Positions 48,965-58,107 of a stretch of 64,000 bases of DNA are shown piece after piece. This DNA is from an uncultured Marinoscillum sp. (GTDB lineage: Bacteria > Bacteroidota > Bacteroidia > Cytophagales > MED-G16), in NCBI GenBank assembly GCA_902634135.1, contig CACPJB010000001.1, positions 8,186 to 72,185 on the forward strand, written 5' to 3'. Each line of letters opens with the position of its first letter. Position 1 is the stretch's first letter. The notes below the pieces were generated by a model. The model worked only from the letters and a program-made list of their open reading frames with translations. It did not search any database and was not told the DNA's origin. Position numbers and translations under genes: made by a program.

Positions 48965-50689
48965 TTATTGATATTGTTTCTTTTTATTAATCATATTTTT
49001 AATTCTTTTCTCAGAGATAATTATTTTATAATTCTCTGATATTGTGAATAAATTTTTATTTAAGCTTTCCCTATCACTCTCAATTGTTCTTATTAATAAA
49101 TCAATTTCTTGATTCTGAAAATCACTTGTATTCTGAGAATTATTATAAAAACTTAATCTGTCATACTTTGCTTTTACATTTGATTGAAGCTTTATAGTTT
49201 CTTGGAGAAGATTTTTAATTTCATTGTCATCTCTTGATAATACTTCATTTATTACAGATAGAACAGCACCACTAGCACCAATAATTGGTCCTGCTAATCG
49301 CACTGCTTTCCTAGAACCCTCTGAATTGGCAGATATAACTCCTACTACAGCTCCTAGAAATGTTATTCCTGCAGCAGAAAAAGTTCTTATAACTCTATTA
49401 TTTTTTGAAGTGGCTTCAATCCATTTCAGATTTTCATTAATCTCTTCCAAACCTTTTTGCTGTGAATCTAATTCTCTTATTAACTCTGATATTTTTTCTT
49501 TAACTTTTTGAGGATTAATTGTATTCATAACTACAACATCAAGTGATATCTGAGAAGATAGTCCCGATATGTCAGATGCTTTTAGTTCAAGATTATAATT
49601 TTGCGTTGAGTTAGTTCTTTCTACATGATTATAGTCTACATCAAAATATATAATTTTGTTTTTATTATCTAGAGTCATACCTCGCGGCAATTGAGCTCCA
49701 ATATTTTCAATAAAAATTGAATCATTTACATTAGGGTCATCAACAGGAATTTTATATTCATATTTGCTACCCTCTTCAACTATCCACTTTGATGTTTTAC
49801 CAAATACTGGAGCATAATTATTTTCTGAATATATAATTTTAAATGTATCAACATCAAAAAGTTCAGGTTTATTCTTTTTATATACTTTAAGTATAAAATT
49901 GAAAGTCTTTTCTAGTTCGTCAATGTTATTGGGATCTATTCTCCAATCTATATTTCCAGTAATAGGGTTAAAATTATCAATTGGAGCATCAGTTTTTAAT
50001 TCAAATAGAATACCATTATCTCCATCATTGATAATAGGCACATAATTGAAAGAATAATTTTGTCTAATTATTTTATCAATTTGTTTATTAATAATTTTAG
50101 GAGGGTACTCAAGGTTATTGATTTCAATAAGAAAATCATATCTCATCAATTCTAGTTCTTTTTCATAAGCAAATAAATTCCAAGTAATAAATTTATTTAG
50201 AGCCTGATTATCATCTGGAATAAATTCAAAATAGATTCTCTTACTACTTTTATCATAAATTATTTTTCCATTTTCAATTTTTCGGAAGTTAGGGTTATCA
50301 TTAAAGTAATAATTAAAAATGATTTCATTACCATTTCCATTTAGTTGAATTATCATTGAAAGAGTATCTCTTTCATTTATTTTTATATTTGATTGGTTAA
50401 TTAAGTTTTCCCTATTAAAAAACTCTTTATTATTTATTCTTAGATTGATTATTTTAAATGAAATTAGAACTTCATTAGTGTCTGTTTTTATACTATTAAT
50501 GTACTTGTCATCTAAAGCTACTTTTTTAGCAGAGTCTTTCTTAAGTTTTTTTTCATCCTTTAACCATTTTTCTAATAAACCAGAGTCTAAATTATAAGTT
50601 GAGTCTGGGTCAATTTTTTGGCCAAATATGTTTTTACAAAAAATAAGTTGAAATATTAGATAAAACGAAAATAATACTAACCTTCTCAT
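48965..50689 (-). CDS. Large exported protein with a cadherin/Ig-like segment, a Gly/Ala-rich membrane hairpin and a coiled-coil tail, function unknown
   Basis: 574-aa ORF with a signal peptide. There is a cadherin-like stretch around YAPVF...ISLDVVVMNT and hydrophobic segments AAGITFLGAVVGVISA and LAGPIIGASGAVLSVI. Confidence 0.6.
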   Translation of the reverse strand: MRRLVLFSFYLIFQLIFCKNIFGQKIDPDSTYNLDSGLLEKWLKDEKKLKKDSAKKVALDDKYINSIKTDTNEVLISFKIINLRINNKEFFNRENLINQSNIKINERDTLSMIIQLNGNGNEIIFNYYFNDNPNFRKIENGKIIYDKSSKRIYFEFIPDDNQALNKFITWNLFAYEKELELMRYDFLIEINNLEYPPKIINKQIDKIIRQNYSFNYVPIINDGDNGILFELKTDAPIDNFNPITGNIDWRIDPNNIDELEKTFNFILKVYKKNKPELFDVDTFKIIYSENNYAPVFGKTSKWIVEEGSKYEYKIPVDDPNVNDSIFIENIGAQLPRGMTLDNKNKIIYFDVDYNHVERTNSTQNYNLELKASDISGLSSQISLDVVVMNTINPQKVKEKISELIRELDSQQKGLEEINENLKWIEATSKNNRVIRTFSAAGITFLGAVVGVISANSEGSRKAVRLAGPIIGASGAVLSVINEVLSRDDNEIKNLLQETIKLQSNVKAKYDRLSFYNNSQNTSDFQNQEIDLLIRTIESDRESLNKNLFTISENYKIIISEKRIKNMINKKKQYQ

Positions 50690-50757
50690 TCTAATTATAG
50701 ATAGTTATTAATTAACTTATTTGTAATTTAATTTAATAAATTTTATCAAATAAGATA

Positions 50758-51333
50758 ATGAATGTTTTAATTCTCCTTATAAGTCTATATTGTTCTTATT
50801 TTTTTTCCACAGAATGGGAATTAAAAAAAGATGAAAATAATATTAAAGTATATTTAAGAAAAAATGATAAAAATGTTTCTGAGTATTTAGCAGAAACTAT
50901 TATTGAATCTGATATTAATTCGATTTTAGATTTTATCTTAGATTTTGATAATTCATATAAATGGATGTACAAACTTGAGTCAAGTGAAATTTTAGAGAAA
51001 AATAATGATTCATTATATCATGTTTATTTCAAAATGGAAATGAGTTGGCCTCTTAAAAAAAGAGATTTAGTCTCAGATGTGAAAATTTTAAATAGTAATA
51101 ATAATATTATTATTACTTTAAACGCATCTCCTAATTATATTCCTTTAGAAAAGGATTTGATTAGAATTCATGATTCAAAATCTACATGGAATCTTTTCAA
51201 AATAAATTCAAATACTACTAAAGTTTCTTTACAGAGTTATGCAGTTATTGAAAAAATTCCGTCTTTTGTAGTTGAAATGTTTATAGTAGATGGCCCTTTG
51301 TACTCTTTATCAAATCTTAGAAAAAATTTTTAA
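50758..51333 (+). CDS. START/SRPBCC-like lipid-binding domain protein with a signal peptide
   Basis: 191 aa. The pattern WELKKDENNIKVY...WMYK...SWPLKKRDLV resembles bacterial START domains. Confidence 0.55.
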   Translation: MNVLILLISLYCSYFFSTEWELKKDENNIKVYLRKNDKNVSEYLAETIIESDINSILDFILDFDNSYKWMYKLESSEILEKNNDSLYHVYFKMEMSWPLKKRDLVSDVKILNSNNNIIITLNASPNYIPLEKDLIRIHDSKSTWNLFKINSNTTKVSLQSYAVIEKIPSFVVEMFIVDGPLYSLSNLRKNF

Positions 51334-52634
51334 ATTCTTTCAATATCAGCTCCTAAGTTTCTTAATCTTTTATCTATATCACTATATCCTCTATCGATTT
51401 GATCAATATTATCTATAATACTTTCTCCATCTGCAGAAAGTGCTGCAATAAGAAGAGATACTCCTGCTCTTATGTCTGGAGATGTCATCTGAATTCCTTT
51501 CAATGGAATTTTTCTGTCCAATCCAATTACTGTAGCTCTGTGGGGATCACATAAAATAATTTGGGCTCCCATATCAATTAATTTATCTACAAAAAACAAT
51601 CTACTTTCAAACATTTTTTGATGAATAAGAACTGTACCTTTAGCTTGAATTGATGTTACTAAAGCTATACTTAATAGATCTGGAGAAAATCCTGGCCAAA
51701 TAGCATCAGATATAGTCATAATTGAACCATCAATAAAAGATTCTATTTCATAGTGATCTTGAGCAGGAATATGTATTGAATCATTTTTAATATTCATTTT
51801 GATACCAAGTCTCTGAAAGGTTTTAGGAATTATACCTAAATTTTCAATGTTCACATCTTTTATTAATAAATCAGATTTTGTCATGGCGGCTAATCCAATG
51901 AAGCTTCCTATTTCAATCATGTCAGGAAGTATTTTGTGTTTTGTCCCAGATAACTGCGATACACCTTCAATTTTTAGAAAATTTGAACCAACACCTTTAA
52001 TCTTTGCCCCCATTGAGTTTAACATTTTACATAACTGTTGTAAATATGGTTCACATGCTGCATTATAAATTGTAGTTTTTCCTTCAGCTAAAGCAGCGGC
52101 CATTACAATATTTGCTGTTCCAGTTACTGATGCTTCATCAAGTAAAATATTATTTCCTTTTAGTTTTTTACTTGAAACTTTAAATAATGTGTTATCTTTT
52201 TCTAAAGTGAATCTTGCTCCAAGTTCTTGAATACCAATAAAATGTGTATCAACTCTTCTTCTCCCAATTTTATCACCACCCGGTTTAGCTAAGTATGCAT
52301 TTCCAAATCGTGTTACAAGAGGTCCCATCAACATTATTGAACCTCTTATTTTTGATGACTTTTCAAAGAATTCTTCGGATTTTGTATAATTAATATCAAT
52401 AGATTTTGCTTTGAATGTATATTTTGTAGAATTAATTTTTTCAACTTCAACTCCCATTCCATCTAATAGATCTATTAGTAGATTTACATCTTTAATATTA
52501 GGAATATTTTCTATAGTTACAAGATCATCAGTAAGAAGAACTGCACAAAGGATTTGTAAAGCTTCATTTTTTGCTCCTTGTGGATGAATAATCCCTTTAA
52601 GGCTCTTACCACCATTAATTTTGAATGACCCCAT
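51330..52634 (-). CDS. murA: UDP-N-acetylglucosamine 1-carboxyvinyltransferase
   Basis: 434 aa with a canonical MurA sequence (PGGDKIGRRRVDTH, DRGY..ID). Confidence 0.95.
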   Translation of the reverse strand: MGSFKINGGKSLKGIIHPQGAKNEALQILCAVLLTDDLVTIENIPNIKDVNLLIDLLDGMGVEVEKINSTKYTFKAKSIDINYTKSEEFFEKSSKIRGSIMLMGPLVTRFGNAYLAKPGGDKIGRRRVDTHFIGIQELGARFTLEKDNTLFKVSSKKLKGNNILLDEASVTGTANIVMAAALAEGKTTIYNAACEPYLQQLCKMLNSMGAKIKGVGSNFLKIEGVSQLSGTKHKILPDMIEIGSFIGLAAMTKSDLLIKDVNIENLGIIPKTFQRLGIKMNIKNDSIHIPAQDHYEIESFIDGSIMTISDAIWPGFSPDLLSIALVTSIQAKGTVLIHQKMFESRLFFVDKLIDMGAQIILCDPHRATVIGLDRKIPLKGIQMTSPDIRAGVSLLIAALSADGESIIDNIDQIDRGYSDIDKRLRNLGADIERI

Positions 52635-53269
52635 TACATTCTTCTTTTTCTGAAAGGTCTATTTGATTTGTAGTTCTTTTTTTTAGAATGATAGTGTTTT
52701 GATCCTCTCTCTTTAGTAACCTTATAAAAGAGATTCAATTCTTTAACTTTTTCTAAGTCAATGGATAATTTATTATTTGATAATTCTTTTATGTTTTCTA
52801 CAATTACTTTATTATCAATAGATTCTTTATTCCACATTCCGAAGAATGATTTCATGATTTTTCCAATATGAATAATTGCAGCCTCTTTTTCATCATCCTT
52901 TTTTAGTTTGCAAGCCTCATCAATCAATAACTCAATTTTCTTTCCATAATGTCTGAACCTAATTTTGGTTTTTGGATAATTAAGTCTTTTAGATTTATCT
53001 GATTTACTTTTTCTTTTAGGTTTTGGATATGGGCTATCTATATCTATATTATAATCAGACATAATATATAAATCATCCCACATCTTAGCTTCAACTTCAC
53101 TTTGATCCTTAAAACTAGGTTGAGTTATTTTCATCATTTCAACTAATGTTTTAGACATTTTATTTCTTTTTTCTTTATCCTTAACATTTCCAACATATTC
53201 AACAAGCTTATGAAAGTTTCTTCCATATTCTCTTAATATTAAATTACTTCTAGTTGTATTATATTCCAT
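52634..53269 (-). CDS. DUF4290 protein
   Basis: MEYNTTRSNLILREYGRN N-terminus. Its position immediately upstream of murA is the conserved Bacteroidota arrangement. The track start 53287 is TTG, and ATG 53269 is preferred. Confidence 0.72.
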   Translation of the reverse strand: MEYNTTRSNLILREYGRNFHKLVEYVGNVKDKEKRNKMSKTLVEMMKITQPSFKDQSEVEAKMWDDLYIMSDYNIDIDSPYPKPKRKSKSDKSKRLNYPKTKIRFRHYGKKIELLIDEACKLKKDDEKEAAIIHIGKIMKSFFGMWNKESIDNKVIVENIKELSNNKLSIDLEKVKELNLFYKVTKERGSKHYHSKKKNYKSNRPFRKRRM

Positions 53270-53340
53270 CTTTACAATTTTTTTCAAAACTAAGTAATTT
53301 TTTCATCAATTAAGTATTAGATTCATCTACTTATTTTTTT

Positions 53341-55560
53341 ATGAAATATTTAGAAGACCTAAACTCTAACCAAAAAAAAGCTGTTCTACATAAAAAAGGA
53401 CCTTGCTTGGTTATTGCAGGAGCAGGCTCGGGCAAGACTAGAGTTTTAACCTACAGAATAGCTCATTTAATAAAGGAGGGAATAGATCCTTTTTCAATTC
53501 TTGCTCTAACGTTTACAAATAAAGCAGCTAAAGAAATGAAAAATAGAATTGAAAAAATAGTTGGAACAGATGCTAGAAGCTTATGGATGGGAACTTTCCA
53601 CTCAATATTTGCAAGAATTTTAAGATCAGAGGGACATAAAATTGGTTACCCACCTAATTTTGTAATTTATGATACTCAAGATTCTAAATCTCTTATAAAA
53701 TCTATAGTAAAAGAATTAAATATTGACCCCAAAATTTATAAGGAAAATGTTGTTTTTAATAGAATTTCTAATGCTAAGAATAGATTAATATCTCCTAAAG
53801 AATATAAAAATAATCCTATTCTTCAAGAGGAAGATGCTTCATCTTTAAGACCTATGATTAGTGATATCTATAAAATTTATAATGATAGATGTTTTAAATC
53901 TCAAGCTATGGATTTTGATGATCTATTATATAATACTAATATCCTATTTTCAGATCATATTGATGTTTTAAACAAATATCAACAGTTATTTAAACATGTC
54001 TTAATAGATGAGTTTCAAGACACAAATTATTGTCAATATTTGATAACAAAAAGATTAGCTGCTGTAAGCAGAAATATTTTTGTGGTGGGGGATGATGCTC
54101 AGTCAATTTATGCATTTAGAGGAGCAGAAATTAGAAATATTTTAAAATTTGAGGATGATTTTGAGGAGTTAAATACAATAAAACTTGAACAAAATTATAG
54201 ATCTACAAAAAATATTGTAAATGCGGCAAATTCAGTTATTGAAAAAAATAAATCTAAAATCAGTAAAGAAGTTTGGACTAATAATGAAGAAGGAGAATTA
54301 ATTTCTATTAAGAAATCATTTTCTGATAATGAAGAAGGAAAAATTGTTTCGAATTTAATTTTCGAAGAAAAGAATAGAAATCAATTAACTAATTCAAATT
54401 TTGCAATATTATATAGGATAAATAGCCAATCTAGATCTATTGAGGAATCATTAAGAAGGATAGGTCTAAAATATAAAGTTTTTGGAGGTGTTTCATTCTA
54501 TCAAAGAAAAGAGGTTAAAGATCTTTTAGCTTATCTCAGATTTTCAATTAATCAAAATGATGAACAATCATTCAGAAGAATTATAAATTATCCTAGGAGA
54601 GGAATCGGACAAACATCTGTTGATAAAATAATAACAATTTCTAATAAGGAGGATATTAGTTTATGGGATGTATTAGAAAGATCATCTGAATTATTAGGAT
54701 CAAGAATTAATAAATTATTAATTCCTTTTAAGGATTTAATTATTTCCTTTTCTAATTTCTCTAAAAATAATGATGCGTATTCATCAGCTTCTCATATAGC
54801 TTCTAATTCTGGGCTTTTAAAAGAATTATGGGATGATAGAAGTGTTGAAGGAATAAGTAGGTTTGAAAATGTTCAGGAACTTTTAAATTCAATCAAGGAG
54901 TTTATTGATAATGAAGATAATAAAGAAAAATTACTAGAAAATTTTTTACAAGAAATATCATTAATGACAGATCATGATAAAGAAGAGGATAAAAATGAAG
55001 AATACATCTCTCTTATGACAATTCATATGGCCAAAGGTCTTGAATTTCCTGTAGTATTTATCGTTGGAGTTGAGGAAGATCTTTTCCCATCACAAATGAT
55101 GATATCATCCAGGGATGATTTAGAAGAAGAAAGAAGACTGTTTTACGTTGCTATAACCAGAGCTATGAAGAAACTTTATTTAACTTATTCTAGCACAAGA
55201 TATAGATACGGAATGTTAAAAGATTGTGAAAAAAGTAGATTTATTAAAGAAATAAGTCCTATATATTTAGATTCAGAAACTTTTAATACTAATAGATCTT
55301 TAGTTTCAAATGTTTTAAAACAGAAAAAAAGAAACCTTTCTCCAATGACAAAAATTTCCAAGAAAAGTAATAATATAATTTCTTCCAATGAAATTAATGA
55401 ATTAAGTGAAGGCATGAACGTAAGACATCAAATTTTTGGAATAGGAAAAATTAAAAAAATCGATATTCACTCAAATCAAAAAAAAGCAATTATTAATTTT
55501 AAAAATGTTGGAGAAAAGACTTTACTATTAAATTTTGCTAAATTGAAAGTATTAAAATAA
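53341..55560 (+). CDS. ATP-dependent DNA helicase, UvrD/PcrA (SF1) family
   Basis: 739 aa with AGAGSGKTRVL (motif I), DEFQDTN, QNYRST and VAITRA motifs. Confidence 0.9.
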   Translation: MKYLEDLNSNQKKAVLHKKGPCLVIAGAGSGKTRVLTYRIAHLIKEGIDPFSILALTFTNKAAKEMKNRIEKIVGTDARSLWMGTFHSIFARILRSEGHKIGYPPNFVIYDTQDSKSLIKSIVKELNIDPKIYKENVVFNRISNAKNRLISPKEYKNNPILQEEDASSLRPMISDIYKIYNDRCFKSQAMDFDDLLYNTNILFSDHIDVLNKYQQLFKHVLIDEFQDTNYCQYLITKRLAAVSRNIFVVGDDAQSIYAFRGAEIRNILKFEDDFEELNTIKLEQNYRSTKNIVNAANSVIEKNKSKISKEVWTNNEEGELISIKKSFSDNEEGKIVSNLIFEEKNRNQLTNSNFAILYRINSQSRSIEESLRRIGLKYKVFGGVSFYQRKEVKDLLAYLRFSINQNDEQSFRRIINYPRRGIGQTSVDKIITISNKEDISLWDVLERSSELLGSRINKLLIPFKDLIISFSNFSKNNDAYSSASHIASNSGLLKELWDDRSVEGISRFENVQELLNSIKEFIDNEDNKEKLLENFLQEISLMTDHDKEEDKNEEYISLMTIHMAKGLEFPVVFIVGVEEDLFPSQMMISSRDDLEEERRLFYVAITRAMKKLYLTYSSTRYRYGMLKDCEKSRFIKEISPIYLDSETFNTNRSLVSNVLKQKKRNLSPMTKISKKSNNIISSNEINELSEGMNVRHQIFGIGKIKKIDIHSNQKKAIINFKNVGEKTLLLNFAKLKVLK

Positions 55561-56291
55561 TGGAAGTACTTGGAATAGATATTGGTGGATCAGGAGTAAA
55601 AGCAGCAATAGTTGATACAAATAATGGTAGATTCTTATCAGAAAAAATAAGATTTCAAACTCCAGAATCTGGATCTCCTAAAAAAATATTTAGTGGTATA
55701 GAATCTCATTTTATTGAAAAATTAAATTGGAATGGAATAGTAGGCTGTGGTTTTCCTGGAGTAATAATTAAAAATAAAGTGCATTCAGCTGCTAACATTA
55801 GCAAAAAATGGGTAGGAGTAAACATCAAAAAATTTTTTTTACAAAAGTTCAACTTGAAATGTAAAGCAATAAATGATGCAGATGCTGCTGGAATTGCAGA
55901 AATTAATTTAAATAATGAAATTCCTAAAAAAGGGACTATAATGGTTATAACTATTGGTACTGGACTCGGTACATCTATTTTTGTCAATGGAAAACTTGTA
56001 CCGAATATTGAATTTGGTCATTTAAAAATGTATGGTGATTGTGCGGAAAAATATGCATCTAATCTAGCTAGAAAAAAGTTAAATCTAACTTGGAAGGAAT
56101 GGACTGCTAGATTTAGTGAATATATTGCATATATTGAATTATTAATTTCACCAGATGTTATAATTTTGGGAGGAGGTATTAGTAAATATTTTGATCAATA
56201 TAAATCAGATTTAATTTCAAATTGTGAAATAATTCAAGCTAAAAACAGAAATAATGCAGGTATTATAGGTGCAGCTTTTTCAGCTAGTTGA
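55560..56291 (+). CDS. ROK family glucokinase (polyphosphate glucokinase-like)
   Basis: 243 aa with the GIDIGGSGVK N-terminus and short ROK length typical of PpgK-like enzymes. It has a TAATG overlap with the helicase stop. Confidence 0.7.
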   Translation: MEVLGIDIGGSGVKAAIVDTNNGRFLSEKIRFQTPESGSPKKIFSGIESHFIEKLNWNGIVGCGFPGVIIKNKVHSAANISKKWVGVNIKKFFLQKFNLKCKAINDADAAGIAEINLNNEIPKKGTIMVITIGTGLGTSIFVNGKLVPNIEFGHLKMYGDCAEKYASNLARKKLNLTWKEWTARFSEYIAYIELLISPDVIILGGGISKYFDQYKSDLISNCEIIQAKNRNNAGIIGAAFSAS

Positions 56292-56735
56292 AGCTTTTAA
56301 ATAACCAACATCTTCTATAAGATTACTCTCTTGTGCTTTGTTTGCTAATTCATCACAACGTTCATTTTCAATATTTCCTGAATGTCCTTTTACCCACTGA
56401 AATTTTACTTTAAATTTTTTATATAATGGAATAAAAATTTTCCATAGGTCTGAATTTAATTTTTTTTTGAAGTTTTTCTTTTCCCAATTCCATATCCAAC
56501 CTTTTTCAACTGATTCCACAACATACTTTGAATCTGAAAAAATTTTTATTTCTAATGTATCGTTTTTAATTGCTTCTAAAGCTTTTATAACTGCTGTTAA
56601 TTCCATTCTATTATTGGTTGTTAGTTTATAGCCTTGGCTTAGTTCTTTTCTTTTTTCTTTGTATAGTAGAACTATTCCATAACCTCCTGGACCTGGATTA
56701 CCTCTACTTGAACCATCAGTGTATATTTTAATCAT
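56280..56735 (-). CDS. rnhA: Ribonuclease HI
   Basis: IYTDGSSRGNPGPGGYG and W.KGHSG..ENE.CD motifs. The track start 56744 is TTG, and ATG 56735 is preferred. Confidence 0.88.
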   Translation of the reverse strand: MIKIYTDGSSRGNPGPGGYGIVLLYKEKRKELSQGYKLTTNNRMELTAVIKALEAIKNDTLEIKIFSDSKYVVESVEKGWIWNWEKKNFKKKLNSDLWKIFIPLYKKFKVKFQWVKGHSGNIENERCDELANKAQESNLIEDVGYLKASTS

Positions 56736-57153
56736 TCTCTTCAATGAAGTATTTAATTGCAGCTTCGTAACCCATAAGTCCTAAACCGGATATAATACCT
56801 AAGCATACATCACTTAAATAGCTTTTTTTTCTAAAATCTTCTCTAGATAATATATTACTTATATGAACTTCTACAGCTGGGGATTTGACAGATGAAATTG
56901 CATCTCTTATAGCAACAGAAGTATGAGTAAATCCACCTGCATTAATTATAATTCCATTATAGCTAAAACCAACCTTCTGGATTTTTTCAATTAATTCACC
57001 TTCATGATTAGATTGAAAATATTCAAGTTTTATCTTATTAAATTTTTTTTCTAATTCTTTAAAATAACTTTCAAAAGACTCTTCACCATAAATTTTTTTT
57101 TCTCTTATACCTAAGAGATTTAAATTTGGACCATTTATAATAATTAACTTCAT
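56728..57153 (-). CDS. aroQ: Type II 3-dehydroquinate dehydratase
   Basis: 141 aa with INGPNLNLLG and HISN motifs. Confidence 0.9.
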   Translation of the reverse strand: MKLIIINGPNLNLLGIREKKIYGEESFESYFKELEKKFNKIKLEYFQSNHEGELIEKIQKVGFSYNGIIINAGGFTHTSVAIRDAISSVKSPAVEVHISNILSREDFRKKSYLSDVCLGIISGLGLMGYEAAIKYFIEEND

Positions 57154-57186
57154 GATTATATAAATTTAGCTTAAAAATAAGATTTT

Positions 57187-58086
57187 ATGTGGGAACATGA
57201 GATAATTGAGTTTAAAAACTATCTTAAACTAGAAAGGTCATTATCTAATAATTCAGTTGCTGCATACGTAAATGATATAAATAAACTTATTTCATTTATA
57301 TTAAAAAAAAAATTAGGTGAAATAAAATATTCAGATGTAAATTCAAATTTACTAAAAGATTTTATTGAAGATTTATATAATTCAGGTACATCTTCATATT
57401 CTCAAGCAAGGATAATTTCTGGCTTAAAATCTTTTTTTGGTTATCTTTTATTAGAAGAAAAAATTGAAATTGATCCAACTGAATTGATTGAATCTCCTAA
57501 ATTATTAAAAAAACTTCCAGATACTTTAAATATAGAAGAGATTGAAAAAATATTATCATCAATTGAATTAAATTCATTTGAAGGTCTAAGAAATAGGGCT
57601 ATAATAGAGACTTTATATAGTTGTGGAATAAGAGTTTCAGAACTTATAAACCTAACTTTTCAAAATCTATTTTTAGATATTGGTTTTATTAAGGTTATTG
57701 GAAAGGCTTCAAAGGAAAGGCTTGTTCCAATTGGGAAATCAGCAATAAAGTATATAAAAAAATACAATGATCAATTTAGAAATGAGATGAAAATTAAAGA
57801 AGGAAATGAAGGTTACCTGTTTTTAAATAGGAGAGGATCTAAAATATCAAGAAATATGATATTTATTATTGTCAGAAATATTTCAAAAAAAATATTTCCT
57901 AATAAAAAAGTTAGCCCACATACATTCAGGCATTCTTTTGCAACCCATATGGTTGAGGGAGGAGCAGATTTAAGGGCTATTCAAGAAATGTTAGGCCATG
58001 AATCGATTACTACAACAGAAATATATACACATTTAAATAAAGAGTACCTTAGAGAAGTAGTAAACAAATTTCATCCAAGGAGTTAA
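57187..58086 (+). CDS. xerD: Site-specific tyrosine recombinase XerD-like (chromosome dimer resolution)
   Basis: 299 aa with R..HxxR..Y catalytic residues (HTFRHSFATH ... TTTEIYTH). It is divergent from aroQ. Confidence 0.8.
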   Translation: MWEHEIIEFKNYLKLERSLSNNSVAAYVNDINKLISFILKKKLGEIKYSDVNSNLLKDFIEDLYNSGTSSYSQARIISGLKSFFGYLLLEEKIEIDPTELIESPKLLKKLPDTLNIEEIEKILSSIELNSFEGLRNRAIIETLYSCGIRVSELINLTFQNLFLDIGFIKVIGKASKERLVPIGKSAIKYIKKYNDQFRNEMKIKEGNEGYLFLNRRGSKISRNMIFIIVRNISKKIFPNKKVSPHTFRHSFATHMVEGGADLRAIQEMLGHESITTTEIYTHLNKEYLREVVNKFHPRS

Positions 58087-58107
58087 TTCTATAATTATAT
58101 TTGTAAT

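Noticed and set aside
48232-51333. Calling the ssrA-adjacent region a genomic island or mobile element
   Set aside because: I could see no integrase, transposase or direct repeat of the ssrA 3' end by eye. It is reported only as an accessory-looking cluster, not as a mobile element.
57187-58086. Tyrosine recombinase as the integrase of a mobile element
   Set aside because: The length, motifs and conserved aroQ-divergent context fit chromosomal XerD. No att-like repeats, excisionase or cargo genes are nearby, and the flanking genes are core (aroQ, pyrD, ftsK).
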